In this document: piece after piece, positions 36,458 through 44,688 of the stretch
How the letters are laid out: the number at the start of each line of letters is the position of its first letter
Numbering within the stretch: the stretch's first letter is position 1
DNA from: an uncultured Actinomycetes bacterium
GTDB taxonomy: Bacteria > Actinomycetota > UBA4738 > HRBIN12
NCBI GenBank assembly: GCA_963771385.1
Contig: CAVYTE010000011.1
Location: forward strand, 8,573 to 72,572
Length of the DNA: 64,000 nt
Reading direction: 5' to 3'
Notes under the pieces: generated by a model
Told to the model about the DNA's origin: nothing
The model's input: only the letters and a program-made list of their open reading frames with translations
Databases searched by the model: none
Position numbers and translations under genes: made by a program

Positions 36458-37247
36458 TCAGGCGAGCCTCGTGCCGATGCCCCAGGTCACGCCGACGCTC
36501 CGGAAGTAGCCGGCGATCGGCTCGACGGGCGCGAGGCTCTCGAGCTCCTCGGTCGGCGAGGACCCGAACGCGATCTCCGCGTCACCGGTCCACACCTCCG
36601 AGCCCTCCCAGTCGTAGCTCTTCATCGTCACGAGCTCGTTCATCGAGGGGGGCTCGCCCTGCTCGATGCTCGGGAAGTAGCGGGTGTGCAGCATCGGGAG
36701 CGCGTTGACGAACCCGTTCGTCTCGGCCTTTCCCGTGATCGTGAAGCGAGCGTCGATGATGCGTCGGTCGTTCGCGGCGACCGACGCGCCGAACCGCCCG
36801 CCGGGTTCGAGCCGGGGGCCGGCCTTGCCGAGCGGTGACCGGCCGCGTGATCCAGATCGAGCCGAGCTTCTTCGGATACCCCTGGTGCCAACCGCGGACC
36901 ATCGCGAAGTCCTTGTCGACCCAGATCAGGATGCAACGCGAGTACGTCTCGCCGCGGTACCGGCACCGGACGACGACGAAGGCCTCCTTGTACTGGGAGC
37001 GGACCGGGTCGAGCAGCTCCTCGAACGTGTCCGAGCACGACTGCCAGTCCGCGAAGATCACCGCGACCGCGTCGGGGTCCTCCTCGGCGGGTTCGAGCGG
37101 GTCGGGGAGCCAGCGCGCGACCGAACCGGGAGCCGCTCGGTACTCGATCGTCAGCAGGTCGCCCGAGTAGTGCCACGGCGGACCGGGCACCACGGAGGAT
37201 CGGCCTTCGGGTGTGAGCGGCGGAACGAACCCCTTCAGCTCGGCCAC
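36458..37247 (-). pseudogene. acetoacetate decarboxylase (ADC) family protein, one frameshift
   Basis: PPWHYSGDLLTIEYRA...FADWQSCSD...KEAFVVVRCRYRGETYSRCILIWVDKDFAMVRGWHQGYPKKLGSIWITRPV continues in another frame as GKAGPRLEPGGRFGASVAANDRRIIDARFTITG...MLHTRYFPSIEQG... The join is near 36825. The start (GTG 37247 or ATG 37301) is uncertain. Confidence 0.75.
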
Positions 37248-37285
37248 GGGCGAGATACTACCGGTCGGCCCCGAACGACCCGGAG

Positions 37286-38137
37286 GTGGGTGTGGAGACA
37301 CGGCGGATCCTGCTCGACGGCGTCCCGACCTCCGTCGTGCGCGAGGGCGAGGAGCTGGTCGCCGCGGACGGCCGCCGGATCGCGCTCGGCAGTGCCGAGC
37401 ACCTCCCGCCCTCCGAACCCACCAAGATCGTCTGCGTCCATCTGAACTACGAGAGCCGGGTGAAGGAGTTCCTCGCGCGGATGCCGCCGGCGCCGACGTA
37501 CTTCCACAAGCCGATCAGCGCGCTGAACGCCCACGGCGGCGAGGTCGTGCGGCCGCCGCGGTGCCGGTACCTGAACTACGAGGGCGAGATCGCGATCGTG
37601 ATCGGCAGGACCTGCAGGCACATCGGGCCGGACGAGGCCGCCGAGCACATCGCCGGCTACACGATCGCGAACGACTACGGCCTCCACGACTTCCGCGACA
37701 CGGACGCCGGGTCGATGCTGCGCGTGAAGGGTTCGGACACGCTGTGCCCGCTCGGGCCGGGTCTGGTGGACGACTGGGACTTCCGCGGCAAGCGGATCCG
37801 GACGCTGGTGAACGGCGACGTGCGCCAGGACGGCTCGACCGACGAGATGATGTGGGACATGCACTACCTGGTCGCCGACATCGCGCGGACGATCACGCTG
37901 GTGCCCGGGGACGTCATCCTGTCGGGGACGCCGGCGAACTCGCGTCCGGTCGAGCCGGGCGACGTCGTCGAGGTCGAGGTCGAGGGGCTCGGCACGCTCC
38001 GCAACACGATCGTCGAAGGCCTCGTCCCGATCCGGGAGGACGTCGGCGCCCAGCCGAGCGCGTCCGAGGAGGTCGTCTCGACGGCGTTCGGCGGCGACTG
38101 GGAGTTCCGCGGGGTCCGGCCTCCGAAGAAGGGCTGA
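37286..38137 (+). CDS. FAH family protein (HpcE/2-hydroxyhepta-2,4-diene-1,7-dioate isomerase-like)
   Basis: KIVCVHLNYESR, LNYEGEIAIVIG, LVPGDVILSGTPANS. RBS GGAGG at 37282-37286, so the start is more likely GTG 37292. Confidence 0.9.
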   Translation: MGVETRRILLDGVPTSVVREGEELVAADGRRIALGSAEHLPPSEPTKIVCVHLNYESRVKEFLARMPPAPTYFHKPISALNAHGGEVVRPPRCRYLNYEGEIAIVIGRTCRHIGPDEAAEHIAGYTIANDYGLHDFRDTDAGSMLRVKGSDTLCPLGPGLVDDWDFRGKRIRTLVNGDVRQDGSTDEMMWDMHYLVADIARTITLVPGDVILSGTPANSRPVEPGDVVEVEVEGLGTLRNTIVEGLVPIREDVGAQPSASEEVVSTAFGGDWEFRGVRPPKKG

Positions 38138-38565
38138 TGGATCTCGAGGCCCACCTGCGCTCCCACGCGTTCATGAAGGTCGAGCGCCCCCCACTGATGT
38201 GGAGCCCGGACACCGAGGACGAGCCGTTCCTGCTGATGCTCGGCGAGATGATCGCGCTCGGGCTCGGCCGCGGGACCGAGCTCGCCGACCTCACGCTGAA
38301 CATCTCCAACGTCACGGTCGACCCGGACGCGGAGGACGACGAGGGCGAGGCGATCCCCGAGGGCGACTACGTGGCCGTCACCGTTCGTGGCGCCGGGGTG
38401 TGGGAGGACGATCTCTGGCGAGCGGGCCAGGGAGCGACCCCCGGGCTGCTGGGCAACGTCGGACCCGCCGCGGAGGCAGCCGGCGCGGTCTACGCGTACA
38501 CGCGGAACCTCGGGTCCGAGGGTTCGGTCACCGCGCTGCTCCCTCGTCTGCCCGATCCGTCGTGA
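38137..38565 (+). CDS. hypothetical protein, translationally coupled to the FAH gene
   Basis: ATG 38137 shares its A with the FAH stop (TGATG). 142 aa (MDLEAHLRSHAFMKVERPPLMWSPDTEDEPFLLMLGEM...). I recognise no family. Confidence 0.55.
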   Translation: MDLEAHLRSHAFMKVERPPLMWSPDTEDEPFLLMLGEMIALGLGRGTELADLTLNISNVTVDPDAEDDEGEAIPEGDYVAVTVRGAGVWEDDLWRAGQGATPGLLGNVGPAAEAAGAVYAYTRNLGSEGSVTALLPRLPDPS

Positions 38566-39073
38566 CCCGGTCGATCCGGTAGACGAGGTGCCGCAAGCCC
38601 TTGTAGTCGACCTCGCGATCGACGTGCATGCCGATCTTCTCGGCGACCCGGCACGATGCTCGGTTCTCGGGCCGAACCAGAGAGATCACGTGATCCACGT
38701 CGAGGTTCGCGAACGCCCAGTCCCGAGCTGCCGCCGCCGCCTCCGGCGCGATCCCCTCCCCCTTGCGCCCAGGACGCGTGTGCCACCCGATCTCGACCTC
38801 CTCGACGTCCTCGACGATCTGGACCGTCGGCCCCGCGGTGCCGAGGAACCCGCCCGTCGCCCGATCCTCGACGATCCACAGGGCGTAGCCACGCGTGCCG
38901 TACGCGGCGATCTGGCGCTCGAGCCACACCTGCGAGCCCTCGCGGTCGAACGGCGCCGGGTACCACCGCATGTGCTCGGGGTCGGAGAACATCGAGGCCA
39001 GGTCGTCGAGGTCGTCCGGCCGGTACGGCCGCAGACGGAGGCGCTCGGTCTCGAGCCGGAAGTCCTCGTCCAC
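38528..39073 (-). CDS. GNAT family N-acetyltransferase (RimJ/RimL-like)
   Basis: LETERLRLRPYRPDDLDDLASMFSDPEHMRW...IGWHTRPGRKGEGIAPEAAAAARDWAF. Confidence 0.85.
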   Translation of the reverse strand: MDEDFRLETERLRLRPYRPDDLDDLASMFSDPEHMRWYPAPFDREGSQVWLERQIAAYGTRGYALWIVEDRATGGFLGTAGPTVQIVEDVEEVEIGWHTRPGRKGEGIAPEAAAAARDWAFANLDVDHVISLVRPENRASCRVAEKIGMHVDREVDYKGLRHLVYRIDRVTTDRADEGAAR

Positions 39074-39147
39074 GCGTCAGACCGTATCGGAGCGGCGCTC
39101 GCGGGCGCCTCGACTATCCTCGGCTGAGGCCCCAACGAGGAGCGTGG

Positions 39148-40455
39148 ATGGACATCAAGGGCAAACGGCTCCGACTCCTGTTCTCCGACGTGCTCGGTGT
39201 CGAACGCGGGAAGTACCTGTTCGGCGATGTCGCCGACGCCGGTCACTCCGCGTTCTGCATCGGCGTCTACCCCCTCACCACCGACAAGGAGATCCTCGAC
39301 ATCTCCCGTCAGCAGTTCGACGTGGGCCTGCCCGACGTCGAGGCGTTCATCGACCGCGACACCCTGCGGCCGGGTTGGGAGGAGGACACGATCGTCGGCA
39401 TCGCCGACGTCCAGCAGCAGGGGACGCCGCTCGACGTCGACCCCCGCCGGGTGCTTCGCCTGGCCGTGGAACCGTGGCGCGCGATGGGCCTGGAGCCGAT
39501 GTTCGCGTTCGAGTCCGAGTTCTACCTGCTCGAACCCGGCTCGGAGGGCGGGTGGCAGCCCGTCGACCTGCCGTCGCACCGCGTCTACGGCACGGGCGCG
39601 TCCGTCGACCCGAGCGGCACCGTCGACGCGATGGTCAAGGCGGCGCAGCAGTGTGGGTTCCCGATCGAGGGCTGGGCCAGCGAGTTCGACTCCGCCGCGT
39701 TCGAGGTCAACCTCCGGTACAAGGAGGTGATCCCGGCCGCCGACGAGTGCTTCCTGTTCCGCCTGCTCGTCAAGGAGATCGCGATCAAGCAGGGCAAGCT
39801 CGCCACGTTCATGGGCCGCCCGTTCAACGATCGCGGGGGCAGCGGCCTGCACCTGAACATCTCGTTCCGCAGGGAGGACGGCTCGAACGCCCTGCACGAC
39901 CCGAACGCGCCCGACGGCCTCGCGCCGATGGTCAAGGAGTGCGTGGCCGGCATGCTCGCCCACCACGAGGGGATCTCGGCGATCGCCGCGCCGCACGCGA
40001 ACGCGTACAAGCGCCTGCAGCCCGACATGCTGAACGGCTACTGGGCCAACTGGGGCTACGACGACCGGACGGTCTGCATCCGCATCCCACCCGCCCGCGG
40101 CGAGGGCACCCGGATCGAACACCGGATGGCCGACGGCGCCGCGAACCCGTACCTGGTCGCCGCGGCGGTCCTGCACGCCGCGCGGTTCGGGATGGAGCAC
40201 CAGATGTCGCCCCCGGAGCCCCAGACGCCGGGCGAGCCACCGAACACCGAGCGGCGCGTGCCCCCCACGCTCGAGGCGGCGCTCGCGGCGTTCGAGGCCG
40301 ACGACGAGCTCTGCGCCGCGCTCGGGCCGTGGCTCGTCGAGACCTTCACCAAGCTCAAGCGGGCCGAGTGGGAGCGCTACGCCAAGACCGTCGGCGACGC
40401 GGCGACGACCGAGGTCACCCCGTGGGAGCTCGACTACTACCTGCCGTTCTTCTGA
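39148..40455 (+). CDS. glutamine synthetase family protein (GlnA3/GlnA4/IpuC-like gamma-glutamyl ligase)
   Basis: 435 aa. FAFESEFYLL, GWASEFDSAAFEVNL, GRPFNDRGGSGLHLNIS, NAYKRL, RIEHRMADGAANPYL. RBS GAGGAG before ATG 39148. Confidence 0.9.
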   Translation: MDIKGKRLRLLFSDVLGVERGKYLFGDVADAGHSAFCIGVYPLTTDKEILDISRQQFDVGLPDVEAFIDRDTLRPGWEEDTIVGIADVQQQGTPLDVDPRRVLRLAVEPWRAMGLEPMFAFESEFYLLEPGSEGGWQPVDLPSHRVYGTGASVDPSGTVDAMVKAAQQCGFPIEGWASEFDSAAFEVNLRYKEVIPAADECFLFRLLVKEIAIKQGKLATFMGRPFNDRGGSGLHLNISFRREDGSNALHDPNAPDGLAPMVKECVAGMLAHHEGISAIAAPHANAYKRLQPDMLNGYWANWGYDDRTVCIRIPPARGEGTRIEHRMADGAANPYLVAAAVLHAARFGMEHQMSPPEPQTPGEPPNTERRVPPTLEAALAAFEADDELCAALGPWLVETFTKLKRAEWERYAKTVGDAATTEVTPWELDYYLPFF

Positions 40456-40528
40456 CCGCGCCCGCGGGCCTTGTCCCGTCCGGTCGTTCGGTGCCAAACT
40501 ATCCGGCGTCGCACCCGAGGAGGCCTCG

Positions 40529-41790
40529 ATGAGCGTTCGACTGGACGAGATCGACCTGTCGAGCCACGACGCCTTCGTCGACGAGGTCCCGCTCTGGGCC
40601 TTCCGCGAGCTCCGCGAGCGCGATCCCGTCCACTGGCAGCCCGAGCCCACACCCAACCGGGGGTTCTGGGCGATCACGCGGTTCCACGACATCGAGGACA
40701 TCCTGCGCGACACGAAGAGCTTCTCCTCAGCCCGAGGGGTGACGCTCGAGGAGCAGACCGAGGAGGAGGTCGAGGCCCGGGCGTCGATGATCGACATGGA
40801 CCCGCCGAACCACTCGCGACTCCGGCGGTTGGTCACCAAGCTCTTCACGCGGGGCGCGGTCGCCCGGTACGAGGGGTTCGTCCGGGAGCAGGCCCGGCTC
40901 GTGCTCGACCGGGGTCTGCCCAAGGGCGAGTTCGACTTCGTCGAGGAGATCTCGCGGGAGCTCCCGATCCGCGTCCTCGCCCGGATCATGGGCGTCCCCG
41001 ACGAGGACCTGCCGATGTGCGTCGAGCTCGGCGACGCGATGATCGCCCAGGCCGATCCCGAGTACTCGCGCGCCGTGATCGACAAGGAGGACACCAGCGA
41101 GTACCGCCTCCTCCCCTTCCGCAGCCCGGCTGCGGTCGAGCTCATGGCCTACGGCCACCGACTCGCCGAGGAGCGACGGGCAGAGCCGAGGGACGACCTG
41201 GTCACCGAGCCTCGTCCAGGCCGAGGTCGACGGGGAGCGACTGTCCGACCGCGAGTTCGACAACTTCTTCTGCCTGCTGATCGTCGCCGGGAACGAGACG
41301 ACGCGTCACGCGATCACCCACGGCGTGCGGGCCCTGGTGGATCATCCGGATCAGTGGCGGCGGCTCCGGGAGGACCCCGGGCTCATGCCGCTGGCCGCCG
41401 AGGAGATCCTCCGCTACGGCTCGCCGACCATGCATTTCCGTCGAACGGCGACGCGCGACCTCGAGCTCCGGGGCACGGCGATCCGCGCAGGCGACAAGGT
41501 CGTCGTCTGGTTCGTGTCGGCCAACTACGACGAGGAGGTCTTCCCCGACGCCGAACGCTTCGACGTCGGCCGGGACCCGAACCCGCACATGGCGTTCGGG
41601 CAGCGGCGGGCCGCACGTGTGCCTCGGGGCGCATCTCGCGCGTCTGGAGGTGCGGGTGATGTTCGAGGAGCTCGTCCCCCGCCTGTCGAGCCTGGAGATC
41701 ACCGGCCCGATCGAGCGGCTCCGCTCGAACTTCATCAACGGCATCAAGCACATGCCGGTTCGTGTCGAACTCGCAGGTCGGCGACCATAG
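40529..41790 (+). pseudogene. cytochrome P450 with two frameshifts
   Basis: The N-terminal part is ORF 40529..41659, up to DDLVT. It then continues as LVQAEVDGERLSDREFDNFFCLLIVAGNETTRHAI...EEILRYGSP...HMAFG (frame of ORF 41325..). After that comes GGPHVCLGAHLARLEVRVMFEEL...HMPVRVELAGRRP-stop (TAG 41788-41790). Removing one C near 41209 and one near 41600 restores TELV and the heme loop FGSGGPHVCLG. Confidence 0.85.
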
Positions 41791-41803
41791 CGGGGGCGTA
41801 CGT

Positions 41804-41821
41804 GGGGACACTTCTGTCCCC
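41804..41821 (+). terminator. short hairpin GGGGACA-CTTC-TGTCCCC after the P450 stop
   Basis: A 7-bp stem 14 nt after the stop. No U-tract. Confidence 0.35.
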
Positions 41822-41903
41822 AACGGGCACAGCGGGCTCGCCGAGCAACCCCCCGCACGTGGCCGATGAACGAATGCAGGGTCTCGAACCGTCCGGGGGC
41901 ACG

Positions 41904-42332
41904 CTACATTCGGTTGGCGTCGGTCTCCTGCTGCGTCTGCGCCACGTGGCGGTAGGGGTCATCGTCGGGTATCCATTTGACCCGGAAGACGGCCTCCCAC
42001 GGCGGCATGGACACGCTGCCGGAGATCGTCGTTCCGAGTATGAGGCGGGTGTAATGGTTCAGGGTCTCGAAGATGAGGTCCATCGATTCGTGCACGTCGC
42101 CAAAGCTGAGGCCCTCGCTGAACTCTCCGGTCTTCTTGTTGTAGTGAGCGACTTCGTTGCTCACCCAGTTGTCGCTTCCGTCACAGAGCGACATCCCTAG
42201 CATGCACACTGAGTCGCTCCAAGAGCCAGCTCCGACGGGCGGGGTTGGCAAAGACGTACACTGCAAGAGGAACTGGCAGCGATTCCCGTTCTTGACGGGA
42301 GATGTATTAGTCACGGGATCGCCATCCGCCAT
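41904..42332 (-). CDS. orphan hypothetical protein, Cys-containing, in a lower-G+C patch
   Basis: 142 aa (MADGDPVTNTSPVKNGNRCQFLLQCTSLPTPP...DNWVSNEVAHYNKKTGEFSEGLSFGDVHESMDLIFETLNHYTRL...). Many A/T-ending codons, weak RBS, no family recognised. Confidence 0.4.
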   Translation of the reverse strand: MADGDPVTNTSPVKNGNRCQFLLQCTSLPTPPVGAGSWSDSVCMLGMSLCDGSDNWVSNEVAHYNKKTGEFSEGLSFGDVHESMDLIFETLNHYTRLILGTTISGSVSMPPWEAVFRVKWIPDDDPYRHVAQTQQETDANRM

Positions 42333-42418
42333 CTCGCCCGAGCTGTCCGGCTCGATCTTTCCGTGCCTGATCGCTTCGTTCTTGAAACTCGCGCGGATCG
42401 GCCGACCGTCCTGGCAGC

Positions 42419-43105
42419 GTGATTCGAATGAAAGGAAAGCTCATGGACGTTCGAGTTGAGACGAAGGAGATCGCTCAGCCGCCCGAAGGCCGTGCTTCGG
42501 GCCACATGGGGGAGCGTCGCTCGTCGCGAGGCGACGCGACGAGTGAGCCGCGTCGGATGTGGCTGTGGCCAGTGGCGATCCTGGTCAGCCTCCCGATCGC
42601 GGGGTACATCGCAGACCTGGTCGTGGACGGAGTCGATTCCGTTGGAGCGGCGCTCGCCGGTGGACTCATCGTGGGCGCAATCATCGGAGCGGCGGAGTGG
42701 TTCGTTCTGCGGCGGCGGGTGTCGTTGCTCTGGATCCCGGCGACGATCGTGGGCATGGCTGTCGGCCTGGTCGCGGGAGCCGCCCTCGTCGATTACGGGA
42801 TCGGCCGAGGAGACCTCGCCCTCATGGGTGCGGTGAACGGTCTCGCGGTGGGAACGATGCAGGCACTGGTGCTCGCACGAGATCGGATCCCGGGAGCAGT
42901 GTGGTGGGCCGTTGTGAACCCACCTGCCTGGGCGCTTGGCTGGGTCGTGACCTCGTACGTGATCTCGCGGAACATCGATGAGCGGTTCGCGATCTTCGGG
43001 GCCAGCGGAGCGCTCGTCTACGGACTGCTGACCATGCTCCTCCTCACACGCCTGTTCCGAGCGACTCCCGAAGTCCGGGAACCTGCTGCAAAACCTGGTG
43101 CGTGA
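42419..43105 (+). CDS. hypothetical integral membrane protein
   Basis: Hydrophilic N-terminus, then about 6 hydrophobic segments rich in G/A (WLWPVAILVSLPIAGYIADLVV...). The true start may be an internal ATG. Confidence 0.55.
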   Translation: MIRMKGKLMDVRVETKEIAQPPEGRASGHMGERRSSRGDATSEPRRMWLWPVAILVSLPIAGYIADLVVDGVDSVGAALAGGLIVGAIIGAAEWFVLRRRVSLLWIPATIVGMAVGLVAGAALVDYGIGRGDLALMGAVNGLAVGTMQALVLARDRIPGAVWWAVVNPPAWALGWVVTSYVISRNIDERFAIFGASGALVYGLLTMLLLTRLFRATPEVREPAAKPGA

Positions 43106-43788
43106 GCGTCGAGGCCGCCGCCGGAGTGGTGCTCATCGTGGCGCCGCTCTGGTTCAACGCTAGCTTCGCCCTGCTCGGCAAGCGCTTCGAGTACCCGGAC
43201 ATCCTGCGACGATCCACGTCCGAGATCCTCGAGCGCTTCCGGGCCGGTGGCTCGTCGCTGATCCTCATGTGGTGGACGTTCATGGTGTCGGGACTACTAT
43301 TGATCGCGGCCGCCGTGCTGCTCGGTCAGGTGCTCGGGTTCGAGGGCATCGTGCCGCTGGCGACGACCTTCGGCGTCCTTGCCGGGCTTGTCCAGATGCT
43401 CGGCCTCTTGCGGTGGGTGTACGTCGTACCCGCGCTCGCCCGGGCCTACGCGGACCCGACCCTTGGACCGGAGCAGCGCGAGGTCCATGCTGCCGTCTTC
43501 CGCGCCCTACACCAGTACCTCGGGGTCGGCGTAGGCGAGCACCTCGGCTACCTCTTCACCGGCATCTGGTCCATGTTGATCGGCGTGGGCCTCATCCAGG
43601 GGATAGCTCTGCCCACATGGTTGGGTTGGCCCGGAATCGTCATCGGTGCCGGGCTGGCAGTCGGTTCGGCCGAGTTCCTCGGACCCAACGAGGAGCGGGG
43701 ATGGGGTCTCGCCGGAGCGGCGATCCCGATCCTTTACGTCGCGTGGTCCTTCTGGCTGCTCGCGATGGGTGTCGCGTTGATCGCTTGA
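43102..43788 (+). CDS. hypothetical membrane protein (DUF4386-like, tentative)
   Basis: The GTG start overlaps the upstream stop (GTGA). 228 aa with about 6 helices (LIVAPLWFNASFALLGKRFEYPDILR...). Confidence 0.6.
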   Translation: MSVEAAAGVVLIVAPLWFNASFALLGKRFEYPDILRRSTSEILERFRAGGSSLILMWWTFMVSGLLLIAAAVLLGQVLGFEGIVPLATTFGVLAGLVQMLGLLRWVYVVPALARAYADPTLGPEQREVHAAVFRALHQYLGVGVGEHLGYLFTGIWSMLIGVGLIQGIALPTWLGWPGIVIGAGLAVGSAEFLGPNEERGWGLAGAAIPILYVAWSFWLLAMGVALIA

Positions 43789-43811
43789 TCTTCCCTGCTG
43801 GAGGTGCGCTG

Positions 43812-44252
43812 ATGGACGAGAGTGAGAACACCTTCCCGATGGACTTCTATGTTCGAGACCCCTCGCCACGTCCGTGGAAGTTCCGGCCGGAGGGCTACTT
43901 GGTCGTGATCCTCTCCGACGCCGACCAGGCGCAACGCGCGGAGTCGTCTCTCGTCAGCCACGGGTTCGCATCGCGAGATGTCAAGCTCTACACCGGCAAG
44001 CAGATTCTGGAGAACTACGAGGTGTACCTGGGTCGGCGGAATGCCACGGACAAGGTGGTCGGCTCAGTCGTGGATGACTCGGAAGGTAAGGAGCTGTACC
44101 TCGCCTACGCGGGTGAAGATCGCTGTGCGATGTGGGTGCGCATCCCGGACGAAGAGGATGTCCCGAAAGCCCTGCGAGTCCTCGCCGACCACGATTACGT
44201 CCACACGCGCTACTACGGCTCCGAGCGACAGACCGACTTCAACGTGTCCTGA
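43812..44252 (+). CDS. hypothetical protein
   Basis: RBS GGAGG before ATG 43812. 146 aa (MDESENTFPMDFYVRDPSPRPWKFRPEGYLVVILSDADQAQRAE...). No family recognised. Confidence 0.55.
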   Translation: MDESENTFPMDFYVRDPSPRPWKFRPEGYLVVILSDADQAQRAESSLVSHGFASRDVKLYTGKQILENYEVYLGRRNATDKVVGSVVDDSEGKELYLAYAGEDRCAMWVRIPDEEDVPKALRVLADHDYVHTRYYGSERQTDFNVS

Positions 44253-44296
44253 CGCGTGTGGCGGATGAAGGCACAACTAGCCCTGCCGGCGGGAAG

Positions 44297-44440
44297 CGAC
44301 TGCAGGCTGACGAGTTCGACGTCGAGCAGACCTTCTTCGCGAAGCACCTGGTGGAGTCGATCGTAGAGGGTGCGCCAGTGTGGACAGCCGTCGAAGTACC
44401 GGAGCGTCACGCGGAGGGATCGAGCTGCCGCTTCTTCCAT
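44297..44440 (-). pseudogene. 5' fragment of a small thioredoxin-fold (YFDGCPxW-type) gene
   Basis: MEEAAARSLRVTLRYFDGCPHWRTLYDRLHQVLREEGLLDVELVSLQS matches the first ~48 residues of small actinobacterial CPxW thioredoxin-like proteins. The expected ..GSPT... half is missing. Confidence 0.35.
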
Positions 44441-44661
44441 GCCTCGATCTCGGGGTTGTGGTGGAACCGGGGGAAGACCCAGCGAAACAGGCTCAGGCCC
44501 GGCCTCTGGCACCAACAGTCGGGATAGCAGCTACACGTGAGGCGCCCCGCTGCCTCCTTCGCTCGGCTGACCAGGGCCAGGACCACGCAGCCGATCGCGA
44601 GTGCGACCAGGAGTCGCTTCACCAGGTCAAGATAGCACTCGAGCTCGGAGTCGAGACCCAA
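44407..44661 (-). CDS. small hypothetical membrane protein with a CSCYPDCWC motif
   Basis: 84 aa, with one hydrophobic helix (LLVALAIGCVVLALV) and a Cys cluster. Directly downstream of the SulP gene. Confidence 0.3.
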   Translation of the reverse strand: MGLDSELECYLDLVKRLLVALAIGCVVLALVSRAKEAAGRLTCSCYPDCWCQRPGLSLFRWVFPRFHHNPEIEAWKKRQLDPSA

Positions 44662-44688
44662 TCGATCGCTTGCTCCAACACGAACGGA

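Noticed and set aside
38686-41145. An 819-aa minus-strand ORF, together with the 599-aa and 545-aa plus-strand extensions over the same region.
   Set aside because: They are antisense or out-of-frame shadows of the GS-like and P450 genes. They have no recognisable motifs and an extreme Arg/Gly/Asp/Val composition.
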